Of a stretch of 64,000 nt of DNA, positions 46,477-61,301 are shown one piece after another. Position 1 is the stretch's first letter; every line of letters starts with the position of its first letter. A program made the translations under genes and the position numbers. The stretch is from the human T2T-CHM13v2.0 reference genome, Homo sapiens, in assembly GCF_009914755.1 (NCBI RefSeq), contig NC_060927.1. One strand, written 5' to 3'. The notes beneath the pieces were generated by a model that was not told where the DNA came from, searched no databases, and was given only the letters and a program-made list of their open reading frames with translations.

Positions 46477-48847
46477 TCAAAAAGCTTATCCACCACGATC
46501 AAGTCGGCTTCATACCTGGGATCAAAGCTGGTTCAACATACGCAAGTCAATAAACGTAATCCATCACACAAACAGAACCAATGACAAAAACCACGTGATT
46601 ATCTCAATAGATGCAGAAAAGGTCTTCGACAAAATTCAACACCCATTCATGCTAAAAGCTCTCAATAAACTAGGTATTGATGGAATGTATCTCAAAATAA
46701 TAAGAACTATTTATGACAAGCCCCCAGCCAATATCATACTGAATGGGCAAAAACTGGAAGCATTTCCTTTGAAAACCAGCACAAGACAAGAATGCCCTAT
46801 CTCACCACTCTTATTCAACATAGTATTGGAAGTTCTGGCCAGGGCGATCAGGCAAGAGAAAGAAATAAGGGGTATTCAAATAGGAAAAGAGGAAGTCAAA
46901 TTGTCTCTGTTTGCAGATGACATGACTGTATATTTAGAAAACCCCATCATCTCAGCCCAAAATCTCCTTAAGCTGATAAGCAACTTCAGCAAAGTCTCAG
47001 GATACAAAATCAATGTGCAAAAATCACAAGCATTCCCATACACCAATAACAGACAAACCGAGAGCCAAATCATGAGTGAACTCCCATTCACAATTGCAAC
47101 AAAGAGAATAAAATATCTAGAAATACAACTTACAAGGGATGTGAAGGACCTCTTCAAGGAGAACTAAAAATCACTGCTCAAGGAAATAAGAGAGGACACA
47201 AATAAATGGAAAAACATTCCATGCTCATGGATAGGAAAAATCAATATTGTGAAAATGGCCATACTGCCCAAAGTAATTTATAGATTCAATGTTATCCCCA
47301 TCAAGCTACCACTGACTTTCTTCACAGAATTAGAAAAATCTACTTTAAATTTCATGTGGAACAAAAAAGAGCCCGCATAGCCAAGACAATTCTAAGCAAA
47401 AAGAAGAAAGTTGGAGGCATCACGCTACCTGACTTCAAGCTATACTACAAAGCTACAGTAACCAAAACAGCGAGGTACTGGTACCAAAACAGATATCTAG
47501 ACCAATGGAACAGAACAGAGGCCTCAGAAGTAACACCGCATATCTACAACCATCTGATCTTTGACAAACTTGACAAAAGCAAGCAATGGGGAAAGGATTC
47601 CCTATTTAATAAATGGTGTGGGGAAAACTGGCTAGCCTTAGGCAGAAAATTGAAACTAGATCCCTTCCTTATACCTTACACAAAAATTAACTCAAGATAG
47701 ATTAAAGACTTAAACATAAGACCTAAAACCATAAAAACCCTAGAAGAAAACCTAGGCAATACCCTTCAGGACATAGGCATGGGCAAAGGCTTTATGACTA
47801 ACACATCAAAAGCAATGGCGACAAAAGCCAAAATTGACAAATGGAATCCAATTAAACTAAAGAGCTTCTGCACAGCAAAAGAAACTATCATCAGAGTGAA
47901 TAGGTAACCTACAGAATGGGAGAAAATGTTTGCAATCTATCAATCTGACAAAGGGCTAATATCCAGAATCTACAAAAAACTTAAACAAATTTACAAGAAA
48001 AAACAACTCCATCAAAAAGTGGGCAAAGGATATGAACAGACACTTCTCAAAAGAAGACATTTATGCAGCCAATAAACATATGATAAAAAGCTCATCATCA
48101 CTGGTCATTAGAGAAATGCCAGTCAAAACCACAATGAGATGGAGTCTCATACCAGTTAGAATGGAGATCATTAAAAAGTCAGGAAACAACAGATGCTGGA
48201 GAAGATGTGGAGAGATAGGAATGCTTTTACACTGTTGGTGGGAGTGTAAATTAGTTCAACCATTGTGGAAGACAGTGTGGTGATTCCTCAAGGATCTAGA
48301 ACCAGAAACACCATTTGACCCAGCAATTCCATTACTGGGTATATACCCAAAGGATTATAAATTATTCTACTATAAAGATACAAGCATGCGTATGTTTATT
48401 GTGGCACTATTGACAATAGCAAAGACTTGGAACTAACCCAAACGCCCATCAGTGATAGACTGGATAAAGAAAATATGGCACATATACACCATGGAATACT
48501 ATGCAGCCATAAAAAAGGGTGAGTTCATGTTCTTTGCAGGGACATGGATGAAGCTGGAAACCATCATTCTCAGCAAACTGACATAAGAACAGAAAACCAA
48601 ACACCGCATGTTCTCACTCATAGGTGGGAGATGAACAATGAGAGCACGTGGATACAGGGAGGGGGACATCACACACCAGGGCCTGTTGAGGGGTTGGGGG
48701 CTAGGGGAGGGATAGCATTAGGAGAAATACCTAATGTAGATGATGGGTTGATGGGTGCAGCAAACCACCATGACATGTGTATACCTATGTAACAAACCTG
48801 CACTTTCTGCACATGTACCCCAGAACTTAAAGTAAAATTTAAAAAAG
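46477..48847 (+). mobile_element. 5'-truncated L1PA (about L1PA7/8), ~2.4 kb, inserted in older antisense L1ME-like sequence (~44990-50390)
   Basis: ORF 46595..47167 = RT (LFADDM); 47356..47700 and 48032..48283 = ORF2 C-terminal parts; 3'UTR ending cagaacttaaagt plus A tail. Confidence 0.95.
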
Positions 48848-49885
48848 GGCTTTATATATTTGCATTTCACAAAGCAAGTGAGGTGTTGATCCACCTAGAA
48901 TTGATTCTTGTGTGTGGTGCAAAGTTGGATGTTTAATGTAGTTTTTCCAGTGAGATTCCTAATTCTTCAGCATCATTTTTTGAAGACCACCTTTTCCCTG
49001 CTGTTCTGGGGTGCCACCTTTTCACACATTAGATGTTTACATATGTGTTGGTCTGTTTATGGACTGTCTATGCTGTTACATTATTCTGACCAATCTTACA
49101 CCAATGGCACACTGCTTCAATTAGAGCTTTATAGTAAATCTCGACATCCAGTAGAATGAGTTCTCCCACTTTGTATTTCTTCCTCAAAAGTTTCTTGGCT
49201 ATAATTTGCTCTTTAAAATTTCATGTAAACTTTTGAGGAAGAAAATTTAAAGTTTAAAGTTTGTCAAGTAATACCAAAAGAAGCCTGTTGAAATATTGAT
49301 TTGAGGATCATATTAAATTTATTAATCATTTTTGGGAGTCTTTACAATATTGAGACTTTGAATCTGAGAACATGTCTCCCCACTGATTTGGTTTTCTTTA
49401 AAAACTTTACACAATACTTATTATAATTTTCCTTATAGAGATCTCACTTATACTTTGATAATCTTATTCCTAGATACTTGACATTTTAAAATGCCAGTGT
49501 AAATGGTATTTTTAAAAACTATTTTCTGTTTGTTGCTAGTGTCTATACACAATTGATTTATGTATGTTAATTTGTACCCAGCTACCTTACTATACTCTTT
49601 TATTAATTCTTACTGTTTATCTCTAGGTTATGTTGGATATTTTATGTATACAATCTTATTATCTGTAAATTACATCTTCGGTACTTTTTTCTTCTTGCAC
49701 TTTTTTTTTCTTTGCTTTACTATGCTGGCTGAGACCTCCTTTACAAAGTGGAACTGAGAAGAACAGACATCTTTGGTTTTTTTTTCTTTTGATCTCAAAG
49801 GGAAAGCTTTCCATGTTCACAATTAAGTATGACGCTTGATACTTTAAAACAATGAATACCCTTTATCAGAGTGATGCAATCCCCT

Positions 49886-50260
49886 TTTTAAAATTATTAT
49901 ACTTTAAGTTCTGGGGTACATGTGCAGAACGTGCCGGTTTGTTACATAGGTGTACCCGTGCCATGGTGGTTTGCTGCACCCTTCAACCCGTCATTTACAT
50001 TAGGTATTTCTCCTAATGCTATCCCTCCCCTAGCCCCCCACCCCTCAACAGGCCCCAGTGTGTTCCCCTCCCTGTGTCCATGTGTTCTCATTGTTCAACT
50101 CCCACTTATGAGTGAGAACATACGGTGTTTGGTTTTCTGTTCTTGTGTTAGTTTGCTGAGAATGATGGTTTCCAGCTTCATCCATGTCCCTGCAAAGGAC
50201 ATGAACTCATCCTTTTTTATGACTGCATAGCATTCCATGGTGTATATGTGCCACATTTAT
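49886..50260 (-). mobile_element. Short L1PA 3' end (~370 bp)
   Basis: ttattatactttaagttctggggtacatgtgcagaacgtg...gtgtatatgtgccacattt. Confidence 0.92.
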
Positions 50261-51165
50261 TTCCTTCTATTTCAACTTTTCTAAGAATTTAAAATTATAA
50301 ATGGAAATTAAACTTTATCAAATGATTTTAGCATCAATTAAGAAGACTATGTGATCCTTTTCCTTTAATCTATTAATAAAAATATAACATATTTTCTGTT
50401 GTGGCATGCATTACTGTTATGATTAGCAAAAAAAAAAAAAAAAAAAAAAGAAAGCTCTGCAAAGCACCTGTTATTATAACCAAAGGTATGTTAGGTTCAA
50501 GCTGGAGTGGAAGCATCCCTCCCAGATGTGTGGATATGGAATGTTTTTGGAAAACTCCCAGATTCTGAAACTATAGGGGTTTCACCCACTAACCTAGGGA
50601 AATAGAATAACTTCAGGAATACTAAGGTTACTTTGAGGCATATGAAGCATGATAACTTAAACAGCTTCATTTATGAGTTATTTTCTAAATATACTCCAGA
50701 GCCATTTGTTCTTAGTTCTGTCTCAGTTTTGCTCCTGTCTCTCTTTCATAGCAGGCCTTCTCAAAAGCATACCTTCTCTAAGGCATACATTTGTGTGTGC
50801 ATCTAGCAGGTGAGTGAGTGTGTGTGTGTTGGGGGGGGGTGGGGGCGAGGAGACTCATCTTCCCAGGCCACCTTAGACTTTCTGGGGCTGGGACTCAGGC
50901 ATTTAAAAAATCTCCCCAAAAATTGCAATATGCAGCCAAAGTTGAGAACCACTAATCTGTATCTCTTTGAAACTGAAAATCATGTATGTTTATGAAACAA
51001 ATCTCACAGAAGGAGAGACCTGGTTATTACAAAGACATATAGACAATGAGATTCAGCATTACCCACATGAGGCATGGCAGGATAAATAAAAGACAAAGAC
51101 TGCCAAGTGAAGGAAGAAAAGAAAGCAAAAAGAGATGGTACAATAATGATAGCAAATCTACTCAC

Positions 51166-51246
51166 TCAATTTTCTCTGGAAGGTCAGTTCGGGTCATGCA
51201 CACACAATTAACCAAAATAGTGACCGTAATAAATAAACTGAACCAC
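51166..51246 (-). CDS. SCN10A: Nav1.8 coding exon 3 (DI S1)
   Basis: (S)WFSLFITVTILVNCVCMTRTDLPEKI(E); acceptor tttcag|GTGG, donor TGA|gtgagt; 81 nt; not in the ORF track. Confidence 0.97.
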
Positions 51247-54200
51247 CTGAAAGGCCTGTGTTAAGGAAAAGCTGAGATCACCAAGTCTCTGTGATGTCAT
51301 CTAGGATCACCTTGATGCTGAATGATTACATTCATAAATCTTAGCCAATATTAGCTTTATGATCTTGTCACATAATAACCACTAACATTTACTGAGTGCC
51401 TAAGCTAGGCTGAGTACTTTGTCCATGTTACTTCTAATACAACTGATCTACAGGTGGGTATAAATATCTACATTTTGAAGCTGAGAAACAGGCTGACAAA
51501 AAATAAAAGTTAAATAACTTTTCTCAGGTCATGCAGCTAGTCAACCATGCTGCAGAGATGTGAACTCTTATCTGTTTGATAACAAACTCTGAGCAAGATA
51601 GAAGGAAACAGGCTCCCTTTTCCAAAATGTCCTTCTGCCCCGAAGCCTTCATTTCAGTATACAAAATGGCCTGAAATTTCATCTGGCAAATGTCTTTTTT
51701 ATTCTAAAAGACAAAGAAAAGTTAGAAACTTGGAGATAAGTGAAGAGGTACAAACTTTCATGGGAATTAGTTTCATCAGATTGTTTGGGTAACTTAGTTG
51801 AGATCAGTTCCACCGAGGAAATGGTCTTCTGGGTAGGAATGGTGGAGGCAGGCACAGGGAAATGAAATACTGGCTCAGGAAGAAAACCCCAAGTAGGATT
51901 AGGCTGGAGTGGAGAACTCTGAATAGCTAGAGTGGAGAATATTGACAGCAGACTATGGGCAAAGGGATTATCAAAAGGGGAGGGAGACATTGAAAGGAAG
52001 GTGGGTGGAAGGGGAAAATAGAAGGGAAGAAATGTTGGTGGGGAGAATCTAAAGGTAAATTGTTCCCACTTGGACATTTTTCTTAGGAATAGCTGGGCTC
52101 CCAACAGTGCTTCCTAAGGAAAAATAAAACTTGAAGATAAACTTGACCTACAGAGAGAGTACAACACTCATTTTTCAATTTGAGCAGAAGTATTTAAATG
52201 TATTTTAGTTTTCTGTAAATGCCTTGATGTGTCTAGTTTTACAGTTACTTAGGAACACATCTATTATGAAAAGGAAAATTCTATTAATTAAACCACATTT
52301 GCCTGCTGACTTACAATTAAATTAAGAAATATGCTCACATGGGGGGAAATGTTAATCCAAGGATTAAACTAAAATCGTGTCTCCAATTCTACAAATATTT
52401 AAAAGTAATATATCTTATGTATAATATTAGTTATGAAAACATTCATAGCAAATGTGATTAGAATTATATTTTTGGTGAAATATTAATAATAGGGCCCTGA
52501 GAATTCTAGTATCTTTTGGGGCTGGAGTTACCAAATTTATGAGATTTAAATGCAGACTTTTGTGAGGAAGAGACCCCCTCAACAGCTTTTCTGTCCAGCT
52601 GTGACTCTACCAAGCAATTATTTACTCATCAAATCTCAAGATGAAGAGAATATTCACTGGTCACTTGGTTCTTTTTAGGGGATTTTATTTCTAATTAGCT
52701 GTTTCTTACTTATCCAGATGTAATTCAACCAGAATCCATAAAGAGGAGTTTGTATGTTTGTGATTTCTCTTTATTTGTAATTTCCATGTAATTGTATATA
52801 TTTTGAAAAAGCAACAACTACCCAAGCAGAGACGACACATTGAGAGAATAATTACCCTGATTACTTTCCACCCTACTTCCTCACTGTAGATACTGCTCTA
52901 CGCAGGATGCAGGCTGGACTTCTTAACTAGCTACATGGTCTTGGATAATTTACTTAATGCCTCTGTGTGTCAGTTTCATTATCTGTAAAATGGGGATGGT
53001 AATCTCTACTTCAGAGGCTTTTGAACTGATGATGGTATTGACACTTAGGAAGTATTTAGCAAGTGAGAGACTGTATTGTCATTAAATATCCTTCTGTAGA
53101 ATCTGAAAATTCAAGATTCAGCTCAGAAAACGTAATTCTTGCTGGCCAGCCAGAAAGAAAAAAATGTAAAAAGAGAAAACGTAATGCAACTTCATCAAGC
53201 TGTGCAGCTTCATGTTGAGTGTGCAGATAGATGACTGTGCCAAGGTTACCAGCTCAATGACAACTGTCCAGAAATCCAACAATCTGCCTCAGAGTTAGGG
53301 AGCAGGGTAGAACTCTTTTTTACTGAAGCCTTCTAAGAAAAGGCTGGTTACCATTTGTCAGGCAACTGAGGCAGGTGTATTCTTGTACATCAACCTCCTG
53401 CAAGCCAGGGCTAAATTTGTCATAAAGAACTTCCAATCCTTCCGATGACCAAGGATCTTAGGTCATTAGGATCTTTCCATTAGGATCACCCAGGAAGATC
53501 TTAGGAAACCAAACCAAAGTATCTTTTTTCTAGTAGTTTGGCTTGCCTTGCAAAATCCCCTGAAAGCAGCTTCTGACATTACCTAAAACAATTCATATAG
53601 TAGACATTTGACCAATGTGTCTCTAATCATTACAGTCTTGTATGGCATGAACATCAGATTATTGACATTTTAAACCTGCTAGTAGTTTTTGAGTAATTTG
53701 TGATGTTAACAGTGCCCCATGACCAATGAGGTCCCATTGAGACTATGTGTGCTCTTCCCATCATGGTCTGTTTTCCTTGCCCTCTGGGAGGTGCTGCTCT
53801 TTTGCCCAGTAAGCAGCCACTTCTCAGCATGGCTATGGCACAGAGCAACAACTCATGCCTATCTCATCTGCCCAAAGAAGGCTTGGGCCCTCTTACTGCC
53901 TGTTGTGTTGTGGGGAAAGCGGACCACACACCGTGGTGAGAATGTGTCTGGGGGCATCAGCAAACCTCCCCTCATAAAGAGGATGTTTTTCAAGTTGTGC
54001 ATCCACAGGTGTGTCTAGATTAGTCTGAGGTGAATCCAAACCACCTGTGTGTTGCATAAACACTTCTTCTGTGTCTTGGGACTGCTTTGGGGTGTGGGAC
54101 ACATTAAAGGCCCAAGCCATTTTTTCAATCTAATGACCTCATTGTACTTTTGGGATTCAATTGGATAAGGGCTCTGTTGCTAACCTCTAAAGAAGGTACT

Positions 54201-54259
54201 GGACACAGTAGGCAAGGTCTAATTGTAACACGTGGAAGAGGCAATCGTGCAAAGGATAT
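51247..54259 (-). other. U12-type (minor spliceosome) intron with AT-AG termini, 3013 nt
   Basis: 5' splice site ATATCCTTT (54259-54251); branch site TTTTCCTTAAC (51270-51260); 3' end tttcAG (51248-51247); junction keeps frame (CAC TC|G TGG = H S W). Confidence 0.93.
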
Positions 54260-54378
54260 GAGTGGACAGACACTTTGATGGCCGTTCTTCTGATCAGGTT
54301 GAAAGGACTGAATAGCCACAGGGCCCGAGTGGCACTAAACCGGGAAATGGTCCTCCCTTTGTTCAGCACCATAAATGT
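54260..54378 (-). CDS. SCN10A: Nav1.8 coding exon 2
   Basis: tttcag|ACA TTT ATG; [39 protein letters not shown](S); ends at a U12 donor CACTC|ATATCCTTT. Confidence 0.97.
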
Positions 54379-55036
54379 CTGAAACAAAACAAAACAGAAA
54401 GTGGACCTCCAATGAGAAACAAGATTCCTTATACAACCATGTTTTTAAACATGAGAGGCATTATCTCAGGCTTATGAGCAAGAAGGGCTCTGGGAACTAC
54501 AGGTCAATGAGAGTCAAATGCAGGTACAGAGAGGCAGAGAGGATCAAGGACTAAAAGCCATATCCTCACCCTCTCAGCAAGATCCTCATCTCTGGGACTG
54601 ACAGTGCACCAAGATGAGCCCACTGAGGGTACTTTAATGGACAGACAGCCAATCCTCAGGCTGGTAAGAGGTGTTATGCCCAGGGGAGGACTCTGGCAAC
54701 AGGATGGTGAAGTTATGGTTGCATTTAATTTCTCTTCTGACAAGAGAACCATCCTTGTTTTGTAATGTTTCTTCTGTCTCCACCTTCTACATCTCTGTCT
54801 CTTAAACCCTCTCCTGGTTTCTCCCTCTGAGGATTTAGGAGGATATGAACTCTTGGCATGGGAGAGGAGGAAGAAAGATATTCAGTGCCTTTTTATTTAC
54901 TCTGCTAGCCATATTTGAGATGGCTGATTCCTGTCCTCCTAACTCCCAAACATGCATTCACCATTTTTTGGCTCTGTAGAACATCAAAAATACAACACAG
55001 GTGAGATAATTGTCATGAAGAAGCTCTTGTTTAAAC

Positions 55037-55563
55037 TACTGATTCTCAAACTTTTTGATTTCAGGGATTATTACTCTCAAACCTTATTGAGGACCCCAAA
55101 TAACTTTTGTTTATGTTGATACCTTTTTGTTTATGCCAGATATATGTATATCATATTAGAAATTAATATATATGTATATATGCTTATATACCTATATATA
55201 CATAACTAGCTACATGGTCTAGTTGTATGTATATACATAGTTGTATGTATATATATAGTGTATAGATGTATACACACATATATACATCATATGTGTGTGT
55301 ATATATATCTCATATTAGAAATTTAAAACTCAGGAAATTTTAAAACACGGGAATATACAGGCACACATTCCAGTAGCTTTTAGAGTGATGACATCATCCC
55401 CCATCAATAGCCTCTATATTCACCAATGTATGATCATAAGAGAAAGTGTGTGAAAAAGACAAATTACATCCAAGTATTGTTATACAATAGTTTTCATTTT
55501 AAAAACCCACTAAAACAGTTTTGGGGACACCAGGGGTTCCAAGATCATAGTTGAGGACCACTG
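55037..55563. mobile_element. hAT-Charlie MITE (MER106-like) containing an internal (TA)/(TG) tract
   Basis: Termini tactgattctcaaa / ttgaggaccactg; 8-bp flanks gtttaaac / gcttaaat (6/8) fit a hAT TSD. Confidence 0.6.
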
Positions 55564-55951
55564 GCTTAAATTCATCCTGCTTTCTGTCCTCACCGCCATG
55601 CTCCTCCCCCAACCTCAAGATGTCTGCTCTCCACCTGCAAAGAGACCCAACTCCTCTGGAGGCCCCAGGCCAGAGGTCATCCAAGGGAACAGCCAACTTT
55701 CCCTGAAAGCTCTGCAGCAGTTATCTGCTTTTGAAGATGTGGGTTTAGTTAGTTTCTATCATAAATGTCATAAAAATTCAAAGAGATCATCAAATAAGTT
55801 AGAGATATATATATATATTTTTTTTGGTTGTTAACGGAATCTTTAGCAGACTGCCACATCACCCAGGGCCAAGGAGGACTTTCTGGGCTGGGTGGGACCG
55901 AGACTTCCTCTCCAAGAGCTGAGAGCAGACATTCCTACTAGTAGCTCTTAC

Positions 55952-56221
55952 CCGGTGTGTGCTGTAGAACGGATCTAGATCCTCCAGGGGCTCCCCGATC
56001 AGTTCTGCTGGGAGCTCACCATAGAACTTGGGCAGCTGGTTGCAGGCTTTCAAGTCCAGCTGGGGCCGAGGCTTCTCTTCTTGGTCCTTCTGCTCCCTAT
56101 GCTTCTCTCTGGCTTTCTTTGTTCCCTGCTTGGCAGCAATTTGCTTCTCTATCTCCACCAGTGACTCCGGAGTAAAGCGACGGAAGTTGTTAGTTTCGAG
56201 GGATCCAATGGGGAATTCCAT
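55952..56221 (-). CDS. SCN10A: Nav1.8 coding exon 1 (codons 1-90, cytoplasmic N-terminus); exon probably starts at 56253 with 32 nt of 5'UTR
   Basis: ATG at 56221-56219; MEFPIGSLET...DLDPFYSTHR; donor CGG|gtaaga; upstream acceptor ttataag|AGT. Confidence 0.98.
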
Positions 56222-56229
56222 CTTCTCAT
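56149..56229 (-). promoter_or_regulatory. Out-of-frame upstream ATG (-8) opening an overlapping 26-codon uORF
   Basis: aagaATGagaagATGgaa; uORF MRRWNSPLDPSKLTTSVALLRSHWWR* ends at TAG 56151-56149. Confidence 0.7.
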
Positions 56230-56399
56230 TCTTCTTCAGGAAGTATTTATACTCTTATAAGAGTGGACATAACCACAGAGAGGTGACAGCTTGCCCACTG
56301 GCCCTGTCCCTCTCATCTGTCCCATCTTGATTGTCAGAACAGCCCTTCTCCCACCCTCATATCTGGCCCCTCCCTGAACTCACACTTGGCTCCTCCCAG

Positions 56400-59185
<2,786 letters not shown>

Positions 59186-60269
59186 AGATAATGGCGAAAC
59201 TTAATAGCTGAAAAACTAAAGAACATTTTGTTCAGAAAAATGCAGCAAAAATCACAGATCCAATAATAGGAATATAAGGAACCAAAGAGATTATTGAGTC
59301 TATTGACATTTTAAAGCTCACACACCCCAAAGTCAAGCAGATGGTGGCAGAGGCAGTGCTTAAATCAAATACCCCTATGATGGAGATCCTGCTTGCTCCC
59401 ACCATACCTAGAGGTATTTCTTGAATCCAATACCTCTGTGATATAGACACTGCTTATTGTCACCAGCCCTAGAGGCAGCTCTGGTACCCAATACCCATAT
59501 GTAGGAGGCTCTGCTGGTTGTCACCAGTCCTTCCATGCATTGAAGTCCTGGGAGGAGCACTCACTGCTCTGACACCATTCCTCTTCCTTAATGTCCTCCA
59601 TTACTTTCTTCTGAGAGCTTTCCCTCACCCTCTTCCTCTCCTCCTGCCTATTTGTAGTTGATCTGTTTCTTACGGAACTTTTCAAAGTCAACCTACATTA
59701 CATAATTGAACATCTGTCTTCTATTTTCTTCTAACTTAGAAGTTCTATGTGTTGTGTGCCCAAATTCTGATTAACATGGTGTATTTATGCAATGACCATT
59801 CAAACACTGTTGACTTCAGTGTCTTTAATTCTTCCCTTCTGAGAAACAAAGATTAAGTTAACTTTCTCTTCCTTGTCTAGGGGAGAAGAGATACTTATAG
59901 TTTGGAACCAAATTTGAATCCCAGGACTCAGTTGTTTAGTAACAATGCAAGAATTCTCTCAGTGACACTGGAATGCAATGTTGAGGATTGAGAACAGGAC
60001 TAAGCCAGAATTCCAGGTCCTGGAGCTGGAGCTTGAGGTCAAAGCAGACTCAGCTATGAGACTGACTTCATGCCAAATGACCATAATTATTCTGGGCTAC
60101 CATAAATCCCTCCAGCTAAGGACAAAATTGTTTTCAACATTGGGGTGGGAATTTGTAGTGATGTGATGTAGGTATGAGGGACCAGTCCTTCTTTTAAGAC
60201 TTTCCCATCAGAAGTGATAGCTCTGGACTTGGGATCCCTTGATTGAAGTGGTTCTCTATATTCCCATCT

Positions 60270-60610
60270 ATTACCCAGTGTCTTTACATGACATTCTGAG
60301 AAAACTATTGGGGTGCAAGTAGTTTATCTGAGAGCTATTTCTAGGAATGTCATAGAAGAGAGGAAAAGTAACATAAGAAGAAGAAAGCAGTATTTTTATG
60401 AGCCATTTACTCTTATGGGCAAACTGGGCTCAGAATTGTTTCACTGAGGGGTAAGGATACTAGGGTTTTATCTACCAGTCCTGTCCCTTATTGGTTGACG
60501 GTTGTCCTGGGATCTTAACTCTACAGAACTTACTTCAGTGGCCAGAGAAAGCCCTGGGCAGACAGAGGCAGGAAGTCACATGTAGGAAGTGTCTGCTGGT
60601 GACCTCTGGT
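60270..60610. mobile_element. Old ERVL-class solo LTR
   Basis: gggtgcaagtagtttatctg...ctcagaattgtttcactgagggg...cccttattggttgacggttg. Confidence 0.45.
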
Positions 60611-60923
60611 CTAGATCCCTGGGAAATGAGCAAGGTGCAGATAGTGACGGCTATAGTCCTTGCAACCTTAATTGGGAATCCCTATTTTAGAGTCTAGTTG
60701 AATGTAGTGGGGAAAGCACATCCTTTGTGAGGTAGCCATATCAAATGTATGTGTTATAGGATTAGTCTGGGCCTGATACTCACTTCTTGGATTAATGGCT
60801 GAGGAGGAGACAATCCAAGAAATATCTATTCTAGTTTAGCTCCAAGCTCGGCCCTGGCTTTCAAACAGTCTGCATGAGTTTTTGCAGGTATATTCCCTTA
60901 AGTTTAATAGCTGTTCCTGCTAA

Positions 60924-61301
<378 letters not shown>

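Noticed and set aside
46595-47167. 190-aa reverse-transcriptase-like ORF as a host or active RT gene
   Set aside because: Fragment of a 5'-truncated L1PA ORF2 broken by stops and frameshifts
50831-50851. G-quadruplex at the G9-T-G5 run
   Set aside because: Only two long G-runs next to a (TG)n tract, on the non-coding strand; nothing else supports function
51247-54259. Calling intron 2 a classical AT-AC intron
   Set aside because: The AC dinucleotides lie directly at the branch site, too close to be used; only the AG at 51248-51247 reconstructs the protein
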